Shown here: positions 35,367 through 48,552 of the stretch, in pieces
How positions within the stretch are numbered: the stretch's first letter is position 1
Layout of the letters: the number at the start of each line of letters is the position of its first letter
Translations under genes and position numbers: made by a program
NCBI GenBank assembly: GCA_013115145.1
Contig: JAAPAO010000077.1
Coordinates: 25,057 to 89,056, forward strand
Reading direction: 5' to 3'
Source: Perkinsus chesapeaki ATCC PRA-425
Taxonomy: Eukaryota > Protista > Perkinsozoa
DNA: 64,000 nucleotides
The notes under the pieces: model-generated
The model's input: only the letters and a program-made list of their open reading frames with translations
Told to the model about the DNA's origin: nothing
Database searches by the model: none

Positions 35367-36551
35367 TTGTTCATATACCACGTTTCGCGTATTATGTTGT
35401 TTTTAATAGCACTGTTGACGTCGTCGCGATTTCATTTAATGAGGCAACACTCTGTTATCCTCTGGTTCGTGTTACTGGTAACTTGCCGTTCTAAAGAGCT
35501 TCCAGATCTCAAGATGGTCAAGAATAGGGTAACCATAGAGTTCGACGGCCAACCGTTGAGGTTATGGGTTGATACGGGATCCACAAGGCTCCTTGTGGTC
35601 GGTAAAAAATCATATGAAGATATTCACGGTGAAGGAACATGCGAAAAGTTCTCACCGGCATGTTATTCCTGTCCGGCAGATCGGCCCTGTGACTTCACAC
35701 ATGCCCCGAAGTACACGGTTGAATACAGCAGCTTCAAGGTCCTAGAATACGTGCTACACAAAGGCACCTTGCGGATCGGTGATGTCGAAATGCCCGAGTT
35801 TGTCTTTGGTATTGTCGTTAATGCTACTGCCGATGGTGAACCAGTGCGGAAGCCGGAAGGCCAACTCGGACTGTCATTTGGCCGTCCCGATATACCGGTA
35901 ACTTTCCTTGAACAACTGAAAGAACACGGGTTGATGAAGAGCCTATCCTTCTCAATCAATCCTCCAACTTGGTGGAACCGCGAAGGAAGTCTCGTGCTAG
36001 GGCGTCTGAGTGGACCGCAGATTTCTTGGAAATTTACCAGTATAGTTGATAGACCGGATTACCCATTCGAGAAGTTCTTCGTTCGCGTGTCGGCGATCCG
36101 TGTTATCAGTGACGGAAGCCCCATAATGAGTATGACACCAAAGCGTGACACGGCGTTCGTTGACAGCGGTAACGACCTCATTCGAGTGCCGCCTGAAGTG
36201 TACCAGCATGTTGTAGCAGGCCTAGACCCGGCGCAAATTGCGATCGGTCGAGGAGTCATTGAGCGGAGTGATATCCGTTATAAATTGCCAGATCTGGAAT
36301 TTGTCATTGTGGATGGTGATGACGATAGGAACTCTTTTGTCCTCCGTGTGTCAGTGAAGGACTATGTGGTCAACTACCCCAGTGGTAAAGTCGCAATACA
36401 TGTTCGACCCTCGGACAGCTTGATCTTCTTCGGTCAGCCACTCTTCGGAGCCTATAGCGTTTACTTCGATATGGAAAATAAGAAAGTTGCTTTTCGTGAA
36501 AAGGCAGTTGTCAGGCAGGTATCGCGCAGACAGGAAGGAACATCTGTATAA
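35367..36551 (+). CDS. Secreted aspartyl protease (pepsin-like A1), intronless; likely start 35439
   Basis: Catalytic motifs LWVDTGS and AFVDSGN, signal-peptide-like MRQHSVILWFVLLVTC, C-terminal FFGQPLFGAYSVYFD. Confidence 0.9.
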   Translation: MFIYHVSRIMLFLIALLTSSRFHLMRQHSVILWFVLLVTCRSKELPDLKMVKNRVTIEFDGQPLRLWVDTGSTRLLVVGKKSYEDIHGEGTCEKFSPACYSCPADRPCDFTHAPKYTVEYSSFKVLEYVLHKGTLRIGDVEMPEFVFGIVVNATADGEPVRKPEGQLGLSFGRPDIPVTFLEQLKEHGLMKSLSFSINPPTWWNREGSLVLGRLSGPQISWKFTSIVDRPDYPFEKFFVRVSAIRVISDGSPIMSMTPKRDTAFVDSGNDLIRVPPEVYQHVVAGLDPAQIAIGRGVIERSDIRYKLPDLEFVIVDGDDDRNSFVLRVSVKDYVVNYPSGKVAIHVRPSDSLIFFGQPLFGAYSVYFDMENKKVAFREKAVVRQVSRRQEGTSV

Positions 36552-37384
36552 CCATCAATGTTGTACGTTATGTGAGACTGCTCTATCACACGCTGTCTTT
36601 TGGTGTCAATCGGTATTCACTTGAGTTACCCAGTTACTTTAAAACACTGTAACCTACCAAATCTCGCCATGGGTAAGGTCACGCAAGTGCCACGTGCATT
36701 CGTTATTGAAAGAAAGTTGGGGAATACAGGCACTACTAGGGCCGTCCTTGTGAAGCACTGACAGACTCAGGCGAGCAAGAGAAACGATTCTATCGGTCTT
36801 AATAAGAAGGATACATAATGGATTAATATAATAATCCGTTCCTAATAATAACTTTTGTTGAGGATATGGAGGTTTCTTTCGAGTATAGTATACTATATAT
36901 ACTAGTATACATATAGTATACTCAGTATACAGCGACTCTGGTTGCTGCGAACCTTTTGTAATTTCTGGATCACCCAATCTATTGGGTAGACCAGTATCAT
37001 GATGTAGATCATCGCATTGAACTCTTACCGCATAGTTCCGCTAGTTGATAAACACAGTGTACTGTATTCAGTAACGAATGGTAAGAGGGTCTCTATGTTC
37101 CTATATTCTCTCCAGCAACTGCTCCGCCTCAGATCCGTTCGCTGAGCTTTTTATACGATTGGAGGTGTTCGACTAAAGTACTGTAGGGTATGATGCCACT
37201 CATGCTGATATGATGCAATCAACGAGTAAGTCCCGTCTACACGCCATCGTTCGAAATTGTATCAATTATGTTGTCAATAACAGATTGCTTCAGTATACCC
37301 ATGACTTGCCGCTCTCACCAGATTGACTATAGCACTCTAAGCACGCAACGCAACTCAATTAGAGACATAGAGATTGAAGACAGT

Positions 37385-37939
37385 CTAGAGGCTAATCGTA
37401 GTGATCTTACTCCATCCGTTTACTCCATCGAGACCCCCTTCAGTCTTCCATAGTTCGACCGAGTTAATGTGGAAATAGCACCGGCCCTCCAGCGTTGTCG
37501 ACTCCTTCATTCTTTTAGCAATTTCTACACGCTCCGATTTAGAACAGTTACCATAACAAAGCGATATGTGCGGTGTGTAGTCTGTAGTGTGTGCACCGAA
37601 TGCTTGGTGAAGGGCTAACAGGTCACCATTGTGATCGTCGATCCAGTACACCACAGCCATATTCCACTTATCGGCCTCAACCGCGGAAGGTACGGCATCG
37701 AACTCAACGGTAAAACCACCAGTAGTGACTTTCTGTGAATATTTCTTCGCCTTGGTGATGGCATCCTCGTCACTATCAGCCATGAAGGAACCGACAATTG
37801 TTATATGAGGTTGGAAGATAGCATCTGTCATGTGTGGGTTCATCGTGTGAGCCTTTGTAATAAGTTCTGATATTTCTTGGTATATTTCGCTCGAAGGTGG
37901 CGGCGACACCCAGACACTATAATGGATTCCTTTGGACAT
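37385..37939 (-). CDS. 2H phosphoesterase / cyclic nucleotide phosphodiesterase, intronless
   Basis: Two HxT/S motifs (FQPHITI, YTPHISL) and N-terminal YSVWVSP as in plant CPDases. Confidence 0.85.
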   Translation of the reverse strand: MSKGIHYSVWVSPPPSSEIYQEISELITKAHTMNPHMTDAIFQPHITIVGSFMADSDEDAITKAKKYSQKVTTGGFTVEFDAVPSAVEADKWNMAVVYWIDDHNGDLLALHQAFGAHTTDYTPHISLCYGNCSKSERVEIAKRMKESTTLEGRCYFHINSVELWKTEGGLDGVNGWSKITTISL

Positions 37940-38018
37940 TATCAATGACCAGAAATCTTCCATCGAAACTTTTATACCAAACCCAACACGTACTCGGATC
38001 AGAAACACTATCGATAGT

Positions 38019-41000
38019 TCACTCCAGAATTGAACCATGCAGTTGTTGACGGACAAGGTTCGCGTACCTTAGAAAGAGAAAGAGCACGCAGCGATCAGAC
38101 AGCTGAGCTAACCTGCCATCCTCAATTGCTAATAGTTGGTGATGTGTCCCCTGTTCGGCCACGCGACCGTCTTCTATATAGATGACCACGTCCGCTCGCT
38201 GGACTGTAGACAAGCGATGAGCCACGACTATAGTGGTACGTGATGAGCTTAGCCTGAAGAAGGCGTTGACAAACTTGGAAGAGAAAATGGAAAGCGGAAA
38301 TAGGCAGTTTGTCTATTAGTCGCTGATTGGACTGACTAGTAGAGGATCTGCGATGTAAATGAAGTAAGCAGTCCCTATCATTTATTGTAGAAGTGAGCTT
38401 GGGGGCTCCTTATCACTACTAGTAGTAGTAGTAGTAGTAGTAGTAGACAATATTCGGCAGTACAGCTGGGCAGTTGAGAGTCAAACAGTGCGAGAACCCA
38501 TGTACAACGTATCATGTCGAGACCGGTAGGAAATTGTGATGGAGTTCCTGTGGACACTGTAGCAATTTGACAAGGTTGACGGTTCATCACAGTTGACAGG
38601 AGGAATAGGATCTCTTGACACTAACTACATTCTTACTCAGTTACCCATACGGTGACGACAGACACTAACATGCACTCTGGTCCTGCAAAGTTGCACATAA
38701 ACTGCTTTCTTTGGCTTATAAACTCGCACAACCGGATGATTACTCGTCCAGGGCCTCTTGAACCTTTCTTTCGTTCTCGGCATCCAAAGCGCTCGTAGCT
38801 TCATCAAGCAGGAGTATCTTCGGTGAAGCCGCCATTGCTCGAGCGATTGCGACGCGCTGCTTCTGCCTGGATCCAGCAAATTAGAGTTGCCCAGCGAACT
38901 GATGCTACCCTCCGCTGAGTTGAACTCCTCGCTCGCCGACGAGCGTGTTGTAGCCTTCCGGGAAAGACATTATAAAATCGTGGCAGTGTGCTGCTCGGGC
39001 GGAAGCCTCGACCTGGAAGAGGTAGAGCAAGGCGGCCTTGCCAATGCCAGCTTTGAGAGTTCGTCACTTCATCGAGGGTGATGTCATCTGCGGCACCGTA
39101 TTTGATATTGTCCATTATAGACGTTGAGAAGAGCACTGGCTCCTGAGGAGTGACAGTATGGCAATAATGGAATCATAATCCGGATTCAATGTATTAGATA
39201 TCAATCATCAGAACATAATAAAAATTAGCAGCTCATAGAAACGACACGTCGGGAGTGACGTTGTCCTTCATTGGCACTATACTCTTTCAAGCAGTGGAAG
39301 ATTGCAACTAAGTAGTTCTACAATACCGCTTGGGCTCCCCTGCGCATTCTAGCTCGAGGGAATAGCACAACCCACATGTTGGGAACGTTCGACTAGTCAC
39401 AAGAAAGGATGCATCGTTGTATTTGGTTGTATTTCTGAAATACTATTTCACAAGGAAATACAACCGGAATGACAACAAGTTGATCAAATGCAAGAGTTAA
39501 GGTCGAGGGTTCGATCCCCGGTACCGGTATTTATCATACCTGAGCCACCAAGGATACATTTCGTCTTAAACAGTCATCCTTCAACGTAGCCAAGCTCCTT
39601 CCATCCAGAGCGATGATTCCAGAGTTCGGGTCGTAAAAACGGAGGATCAGAGAAATACAAGTCGACTTGCCGGCTCCGCTGTGACCGACTAGTGCCACCG
39701 TCTGAAAGCAGCTCGTCGCAGAATCTGACACTGGAAGTTCCAGTGGGGAACCGACGCCGAGTTTTGGAATTCGTTGTGGGAAGTTTTTCAGGTAGTGAGG
39801 TGGCGAATGTTGGTCTTATTGATGAGATAGGATGGAAAAATACAGGAATGAAAAGATTCCTTATACTCCTCTGAGCGATGTATCTTGGTTGTATGATACA
39901 ACTTGTATCTCAACTTAGGAAAATGTCGATAGCAGACTGGAGGAAGTAGAAGCGATAGGCTAACTCGCATTGACACACCTGTCCTGGCTGTATGGTGAAT
40001 GTTATCCCCTTGAGGACATGGAGGTCACTTCTGGCAGGATAGGCAAACCACACTTCGGTGAAGGACAAAGAGCCGTTACAGACCAAAGGCTGATATACTT
40101 CATCAGAGGCTACCTGACAAAGGCTCAACTCGGAAGCCAGGCAAACGATTGTGGAGCATATCTTTACACCTGAAATGCAACTCCAATAAATTCATAACTG
40201 CACTATTGCACAGCACCACCGGTTCAACTGTACCGAAAACGTTCCTGTGTCATCCGAGTGCTGAACGAACACGTAGGGTGTTCCTCCTTCAAGCGGGAAA
40301 ACATATTTCCTGTCGAACTTTCCAGTACATTTCGGCATGAGGAACACCTCAACCCTTTCGAGGTTGAAGGATTCCCTCCACTCGATAGCTCGCGATAACC
40401 TTTACGTTACAACCAATAGCAGGCTTACTTCGGTCAGCGAGGCTTGTTGCGGCCGGCGATCGATATATTCAAACACTTTCACAGTTGCACCGATGGTCTC
40501 GGCCAATTTGGAGAACACCTCGGACAGGCCAGCCACCGAGCCGCCAATACTGCCGAACGTATAAAAGAGAAATGACATCAACGTGCCTAATGGGAAGCTG
40601 ATGGACACGCGAAATGATGTGGGCTGACCTGGAAGCATTTCGCCTTCGAGCACCAGACCGGCACCGTACCAGACCACGGACGTCATAGCAGTGAAGATCA
40701 TCATACCAACCACCCAGCTGAAGCCTCCGAGACCGAAAGACTTTCTCACGCCAATCCCGTAGCTCTCATCGACATGAGCGGCGTATCTGATCAGAGAGCT
40801 TCCGAAGAACGATATTGAAAGTCCGACCTGGCCTCGGCTTTGGCTTCTCCCTTAGGGAAAGTCTTAACAACTCTTATGCTGCCAAGTGCCTCTGTGGCGA
40901 CCTCGGTCGAATTGGCGAGCTCCTTCTGATACCCTTTAGACAGTTTACCAACGAACTTGGCGTAACACATGGTAGCGATTGCAGCTAGAGGAACAATGGA

Positions 41001-43631
41001 CAGCATTATCTGAGGGAGCTTGATTTCCGCACACCATGGAAAGACGTCAACTGTGCTCCCCGATGACTTGATGTTCTTTAGTGGCTTTTAGCAGCTTAGT
41101 TAAAGCACAAAGGAAGATAAAACAGTACAGAGAGAGATATAGCTTCCCTTTTTATACGGTAAACATGATTCCTGTCAAACTTTCCCTTCTATATCCGACT
41201 AAGGACATTTTTAAGGTTCGTATTCGGACGGCGCGCTTCGATGAACCAATGCTTACCAAAGTGAGCTTGGATGATATAATAAAGAGTATAATTGTGCCGC
41301 CGATGACAGATGCCAATGATCGTACTCCAACCGATACGTTCACAGTAAGAGCGTCTTGCAGTGTCTGAGAAGGCATGTCCAGAAACAAGCACTCCATCGC
41401 ACGTTGCTCTCAGGAAGATTCACTACACCCAGGAGAGTTATATCAGAACATCAATTTCAAGACAAGGAATTCGCTACGTGCTAAATTTCGTAACAGTAAC
41501 ATATTTCCTACCAAAACTTTCTTGGCATCTAAGCATCAGAACCCTTACGTCCCCGAGAAACACACTTTCGGGAGGGTATATGACTCCTTGTGTGGGAATC
41601 GGCTAAAGATTACCCAGGCGGGAGGCCCAAGCGCAGCAGCTACCACTTCTGTTCTCTCCTAAGTGTTTACTATTTACACGTTAATCGAAGTTCTGCAACT
41701 GTTCAGGCAAAAAATGTCTTTGCGGTATCGAGTGCTCGAGTTGAGCGTAGCCGACTTGGTTCATACAGGATGAACCAGGTAAGTGCGTTTTTTTATTTTT
41801 TCTGCAAAGCGAGTAGAACATCTTTGCTTTCGGAAGCTTTTGTCGAAATCTTCGCCTCGGTGAGTGAGTTATCCAATAAAGAGCACACTGGGTCGCCATG
41901 TACAGCACAGGAGCGTCCAACAGACGATTACTACCAAACTTTCCCTCGAGAGGGTTAGAAGCGAAAGCTGGCGGCACAGTTTTGGAAGTGCTATAGCCCC
42001 TACCGTAACATCGTTCGACAGTCTGCTGGTGAGCTCGCCAGATTTGATCTCGTCAAACATGGCTACTTCTTGGTGAAGTAGACTCGAGAATAATTCCTTT
42101 CTGAGGGAAGAATTGGGTAACATCAGACATTGCAGATACACTGGTCCTTGCTGCAAGGACCAGTCCATTACGGATGAGGTGGCATCGAGTGTATAATTTC
42201 AATAGATATCAAAACGTGAGAACTGTGTCGTGCTGGTAGTTGCGGGCTTGTGTTCAGAGCATTCCGAATCTCCCCCCCCCCATATCATCGGATTCGGTCT
42301 TAAAGACGCTTTGTTCGATTCCGCGCGCTATAGAGCAATTAAAAAACTTCACTGACCTGAGACGGGCCACTATACGCTCTCCCGCTATGCTGAACGAAGT
42401 GGCACGGATGCCACTGAAGGCGTTGGCCAAGATTAAACAGACGAGAAGCTCGAAGACTTCTTCGTTGAGCCGGCTGCGCTTTTCCGTGGGGCTCATCGCG
42501 GACGGTACAGAGACCAAGTTGATGATAGCACCAAAGAGCCTAGGATCAGAGTAAAGAGCGGTATGAGATATCGTACAAATACCTTGGCATTGCTAAATTG
42601 GTAGCAGCTGCCGCATATAGAGACAACATGGCTATAGTGTAGAGGGTGATCTCTGGCGATGCTATACGAATGAACCGTCCGATGCCAGTGTTCCCTCGGC
42701 AAACACACTGAAAACAAATAACCGGCTTCTAGCTTAGTTTTGTGAATGCAACTAGGTGCATCACAGAGATACTGTTGTAGCTTCGTAATCAGCACTAATC
42801 ACTACTGCGAACATAGAAAGCCTCGAAACTGATCCGTCCATTTTCCAATGAAGACTTTGCCAGTATAAAAAGTAACCTTGAAATAGTTTCGAGGCTTCGC
42901 AAAACTTTTAATGGTCTCGTAAGATGATACCTTAGCAGACAGTACAAAGCCACCGATGGTCAAAAAAGATAGACCGAGAACAGCGGCAACTGTGTAGATT
43001 ATTATATCGGTGGTGAAGATCGTGAAGGCGTCATCGGTGGGACCAGCGGATGGGACGTGACCTGATAGAGAAGAATCTTCGTTGATTAATCGACAATATG
43101 ACGGTTAGAGAGCCGTAGAAGTTTCCTAGTAGCAACTGTTAAGGATCATGATACATATAAAGTGCAAGTTCTTAGTTCGTGAATCCCTCCTCCTCGGAAC
43201 TGAGCATTTTTGAAGCAGGTTTTAATCGAGATTTCAAAACAGAGTTCATGCTGCCAAATAGATCATGTGTTCTAGATTGTAACGATTGCGCGAGCTTACA
43301 GGTGGAGGAGTAACAGCACTAAGTATACACTGAGTATCAGGTTAAACATCAGAAGCACGCATGAGGTATCGGATACCTGACCTTCTCGGCCCCGACGGAA
43401 AGATGCGCAACACGAACGGGCTAGCTCAATGGGGCTGGCGTCACCTCTGAGATCACTGTTCAATACGGCAAAGCCTCTTCCTAAAGCTATAGCCAACACC
43501 AGACATCCAGTGACGAAACAGACCACCGTGAGAGTTTTTGAGCGGTAAAACAGAGTTGCGCAAGTGATCTCAGCGGACTGATCGCCAAACCGCAGAGGTT
43601 GGACAAGGGGTACTTCAGCTGATGATTCCAT
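38019..43631 (-). CDS. ABC transporter B-family half transporter (TAP/ABCB10-like), many introns
   Basis: TM domain [25 protein letters not shown]; Walker [10 protein letters not shown]; signature LSGG|[10 protein letters not shown]; Walker [13 protein letters not shown]; H-loop AHRLST. Confidence 0.92.
38420..38446. repeat. (TAG)9 microsatellite in an ABC transporter intron
   Basis: Direct reading of the sequence. Confidence 0.9.
39499..39533 (+). pseudogene. tRNA 3'-end fragment, antisense near the 5' end of an ABC transporter intron
   Basis: AAGGTC GAGGG TTCGATC CCCGG TACCGGT A TTT. Confidence 0.7.
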
Positions 43632-44297
43632 CAAAGTGTGGTATGAACTGAGCAGACCGCTTTTTAATCGCTCTTGTTTCCGAGCTTCCCAATCATCATC
43701 GTACTCTACCAGTTAGCAGTTTGAAGATTGCGTCGTCGAATCGAAAATCGACAAGCAGTTCGTCGATTAACTTTTTTCCGTGATGACTGAGGAACACAAC
43801 AGGAAGAGTGGATGTGATACGCACTGCCGCATAATGAGATTACAAAGGCATCGATCAAACAAGATTTGAGATAGCGTCATAGTTATCAATTCTGACCGCC
43901 ACTCTTGGACAAACTAGAAAATCATGGGGACATCCGATGCTGGTGTCTTCGTAATGTTACTCTGTTTCATGGAATCATAAAAAAGTGAACCCGGTCGAGC
44001 GGATCAGATCTGAAGGGTATCTGAAACGCTCACAGATGCGAACCAGTGTTGGGCTGTCTCCTCTCCTTCCCCGCCGCGCTGATTCAGAAAATATCTTCTG
44101 GCAGATTAAAATTTTCTGGAATTTTCCCGGAATCTCCCAGAAATTCCCCCTTATCAACAGGTCCAGGCCCAACTCAATCCCTGCGAAATAAAAACCAAAT
44201 TACCTAACAAGTCCAATTTACTAACAGAGCTGATAATACCAGTACAGTACTACTGTCACAGTAGAGATGATCTCAGATGAACTAAACGGAAACTTAC

Positions 44298-47126
44298 AAC
44301 TAGAAAGTTGGTGGTGATCGCGTTATGCGCATGTCCTGTGTCCACAGAGTCGACCATTTGGCCGCGAACTCTCCTTCCCCCCGCTGAGCAGATTGAATCT
44401 GAAGTGTTCGAGAAATTAAAGCCACGATGGACTATCTTTATCAGAATACAAGGTTGTGTATCTACAAGCCGCTTTACAGTGCTATATAAGTATGAGTATT
44501 CCCGCTCCGCCTCTCCAAACAACGATAGCAAGAGCAGCCAGATATCGTCACAGTGACACTAGCTCAGCCACGAAGAGCAGTATTGCCGAACCGAAACCTC
44601 TATTCAATGGAAGCCGGTTCTGGCTGCGGCTGTCGAAAAGGCTTCCCAGAGCGGCAGCGAGGTTTTGTATTTCACGAAAGAGATTACGCACTAGTCAATT
44701 ATCTTATCATCTGGTGTACTCGAGGAGCAGGATGAAATATTTCAATTGGATCCTTTTTTATGAGAGGATAATAAGATTGGCAGAAGTTCATCTTACCACA
44801 TCAAGCACATATTTGCAGATCGGTCCCGCGCCAAGCTCCTCATCCACAGGCACCTGATCTACCGTGGCACCTTGATGAACTGAACTCATGTGTCCTACAT
44901 GGATGTCCTGGCCCTTGAAGTGTATTAACTTAACTGGACAGACTATAGCCGCCGTACCAGTGCCTGGTCAAGAAACACGCTCTACAACTCATACATTACA
45001 GCTATCAAATGGTGGTGTGAAAAGAGCAACTCTACCAGGGTCACCGCCCTTACCGAATTCAACCGACGCTCGAAGCCGCCGGCGTGACTTACAGCTCATT
45101 TTAATACTTCTGCACTAAACCAACGACTTGCTACAATTTCAGCGAGTTCATTCCAGAGAAGGCTGTGGGCGAACATTCATCGAAACTGCGCCCTCGACCG
45201 GGTACTACCAAAGATTTCTAGAAGGTCGCCTCGATCGTATGCATCGACAATCTCATTGATGGTGATATGCCTCTCTGATACCTTCAATTTATGCCTGTCT
45301 TCCTCCGCCCTCAAGATCTGCAACGCCTGAATAGCAGCACAAACAGTCTAGCAGGCAGGACTCCCATCTGTGGATCCGAAGGTCGTTGGGTCGAACCTTA
45401 CCGAGTCCCTCGTAATTCCGGGCAATATAACATCACTCAAAGGCGGCGTAACGACTTCGATACCATCCGAATGCCGCATCGCAACAAACAAATTCATCGT
45501 ACCTTAAAAACGACCCTTCTCGTGCACACCAGTCATCTGAGACTCACCAACTTCCGTTACAAAGTAATCCTCAGCCGTGGCATCTGTCGGGAGTAACCAC
45601 AAGATTTGTGAAAACCCTTGTTCAACCTAAGATACCGTGTTCCAGCTACATAACAAAGAGTCGTACAGCTTCACGTAAAGGCAAGAGAGTTGGCCCGTAG
45701 TTGCTTCCCACTTTTTGGGCACCAGTACCTATTGAAATGGATAATAGCCTTGTGAGACCTTTACTGACGTACACAATACCTATTTGAAAGCCTGTTTGCA
45801 ACCTGTTAAGGATGCAGTGTAACAAGTTTATATAATTTAAAAGGCTTCGTTCAACACATTGAGCTCTTTAAAAGTATTACTGGGATTTAGAGTAAGCCCG
45901 CTTATGACGCTCTGTTATTGTATCACCGGCTGCCTTGCACACAAAGGCTGTCCCGCACCGAGGTTTTGCGATGGCTCCTGTACTGGTATTGATAGCAGAA
46001 ATATATACGACGATACCCTATCATCGAGCGACCAGTTCGAGCCTACTTACTTCCTGGCCAGGCACGAACACTCTTTGTGGAGGCCAGCAGTGACACCGGT
46101 TTAAAGCCAGATTTATAGTACCTATAAAAGACTCCCAAGATGTTGATTCGTTCACCTACGGCCCCACTGGACTGCTAATTACGAATATCTTAGCATCAGT
46201 CGGCGGGAACACTCCCAAAGTTGGCTGAGAAAGCATATTTTTTCCAGCGCGCCCTGAAATTATTACCTGCGTTCCAATGCAGGTTGGCCTAAGATACAGC
46301 GAGTATCCCGGATCAGATGGTATCATGTGTTCGTCTATCAGCACTAGTTCCCGAATAAGCTCATACCTATGTCGAAGACAGTCTGACCACTGGGGCCCGG
46401 CAGCTAGTGGGCTACAAGGCTGTCTCATCCTCCTTGGTGAGATCCGCCATTGCGCTGCGTCTGATGGAATTCGCAAACCGAGCTATATTACTGGCCAGTC
46501 GAAACTCGCGGACGCCGTCGGGCACTTTATAACTGGGATTGGAGGGAAGTATGGTATGAAAGAAATGCCACCTAGTACACTTTGGTGCCTTCAAAACACT
46601 GCACTGCGTAATGTAGAACATGTGAGGCCGGATGGACACTCAAGTTCCCCATTGGAACTATTCGAGGCTGAGAATCATGACCGCTGCCCTCCGGAATCTT
46701 CCCGCCCCAGCAGTAATAGTACAGTTCCCCATCCATTGACTAGGTTGTAGTCTATTTCCAACATATGGTCCGAGAACTTCTTGCCGAACTCTAGAGTATC
46801 CAACGGTGGCAATGCAGATAGTCTTGGGGCGCTCGTGAACTGATCGGGATTGTCGTTGGGAAGTAAACAGTTGGCGTCTCAAAGATCCGGAACTTAACAT
46901 ATTTTCTGGGATAATATTCTGGTCAACGAAATGTCTTGCGTTAACAACGAACTTGAAAATATGCGACCAAGTACGTTGCTCTACTATTCCAGAATCGCGG
47001 CATTGGCTTATCGAACAAAATTTTAAGTGAAGCACTCACCTCAATAGAGGACTGATCTATCCTATGATGAGTCGGAGGCCGGGCTGCAGCAGTTACCAGA
47101 CCGCGACGGGAGAGACGGGCTAGCAT
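44298..47126 (-). CDS. Branched-chain amino acid aminotransferase (PLP class IV), mitochondrial-type presequence, spliced
   Basis: MLARLSRRG presequence; FSDHML; LHYGLQCFEG; YSLYLRPT; GSNYGP; VTEVG|TMNLF; ILPGITRDS; EIFG|TGTAAIVCPV. 3' end approximate. Confidence 0.9.
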
Positions 47127-47537
47127 TTAGCACCAAGAATGGCCGATGCCTCTACCAAGAATGTTGAGAATCGGAATCGACACTATCTGATTACGATCGA
47201 CTCCATTTGGGCCAATAGAAAGACTGCGGAACACAAATTTTGATTATGGGAAGAAAGCTGCGGAGTTCAGGAAAATGAGTAGGTCATTTTGAACTCAACA
47301 ATACTTAATACCTTTATGAGTCATAGTCTAATACTGGCTTGGTTGATGCTTGATTACAATTGATGTTGATGCTTATTTACATTGGTCCCACCGTGCGCGA
47401 GGTGGCTTCACTTTTTGCGCGGCCATCAGCGACGACGGCGCGTTTGTGAATTTCGCTCGCCCTATCACGCCACGCGCGACCGCGCGGTCGCGCACAAGTA
47501 ACTCGCTCTGATTATAGTAATTATTACTAATCAGTAA

Positions 47538-47918
47538 ATGATGACCATAATGCTCGTCTATATTTTCTGTCTGGTCGGCACCGTGAGCGGAGGCTTCTTC
47601 GACTCTGTGGAGCTAGACCCCTTTTCGGCCGACGAGGCTACGACTGCGCCGTCCGAGTTCTTCGCCGGCATAGTTCTCGACCCTATTCTGAAGGTCGACG
47701 AATTCACCAGCGTCGAGGGGCCCGCGGTGACGATTACAACGACTCTTGTGCCTCCTATTGCGCAAGGCCAGCTCGGTCCGCCGGTCGATTGGGCTGCAAT
47801 AGACAGAAAGATAACCGCGCTGTTGGTCATCACCTCTCTATTGCTGGTAGCGGGCATAGCCTTAATATGTCTGATCGGGGGAGGGATCGCTAGGTGGAAG
47901 ACAGAACAGGTAGGATAG
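47538..47918 (+). CDS. Small secreted/type I membrane protein with 2 F-x-x-(I/V)-x-LDP repeats, copy 1
   Basis: Signal peptide, FDSVELDP / FAGIVLDP repeats, Thr/Pro linker, C-terminal TM helix; paralog at 49187. Confidence 0.7.
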   Translation: MMTIMLVYIFCLVGTVSGGFFDSVELDPFSADEATTAPSEFFAGIVLDPILKVDEFTSVEGPAVTITTTLVPPIAQGQLGPPVDWAAIDRKITALLVITSLLLVAGIALICLIGGGIARWKTEQVG

Positions 47919-48517
47919 CTAATGCTTAATACTCAAGGATAGTGATTTAGGGCTATGATCAAGACTCGGAACCAAAGCATACTGAAACCATGGCGTCCAA
48001 AACTCTTCAGGGAGAATGTAAGTGGTTCCCCCGAACCCTGGCTGGAGTCCCATGATGACCCTTTCAGGTGCTTCTGAAGAATCATTGGACGCAATCGTCT
48101 GAGCCTCGATCTCCGAAGCTTAATGTGTAATTAAAGATACAACATGATGCAATATTATGCCGTACACTCGTGTTGAGTATGAGTAATATATGTTGTGTTA
48201 CAGTTTGGTGTGGAACATTGTTCCCGGAACAAGGCCCTTGATATAAAACGAACCATGGCCTGATGGCAAGAACCAACCTAAACCTTGCCCGTGCCAAATG
48301 GCCCTTACACCACTAGAGCAATCTGACTACACAATTCAATGTCGCATTGACTCAATATTGATCCCTCAAAAAGTGCTAATCGCTCCGACAGACAGACAAA
48401 CTTTGTCTGACAAAGTTTGCTAGTTCATGTCGCCTCTGGGAATTGAACGCTTGACGTTCAGCCGACTCAGGCGACCCAACTAGGTGATTGTCCGTACCCT
48501 CTGGGCCAAAGCTTGAA

Positions 48518-48552
48518 ATTCGTAGAAAGTATAACTTATACTTTCTACGAAT
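48518..48552. repeat. Perfect 17-bp inverted repeat with 1-nt spacer
   Basis: ATTCGTAGAAAGTATAA-C-TTATACTTTCTACGAAT. Confidence 0.9.

Noticed and set aside
48518-48552. Similarity of the palindrome to FRT/loxP sites (TAGAAAGTATA)
   Set aside because: It has a 1-nt spacer rather than an 8-nt asymmetric core, and no recombinase is nearby; not vector contamination.
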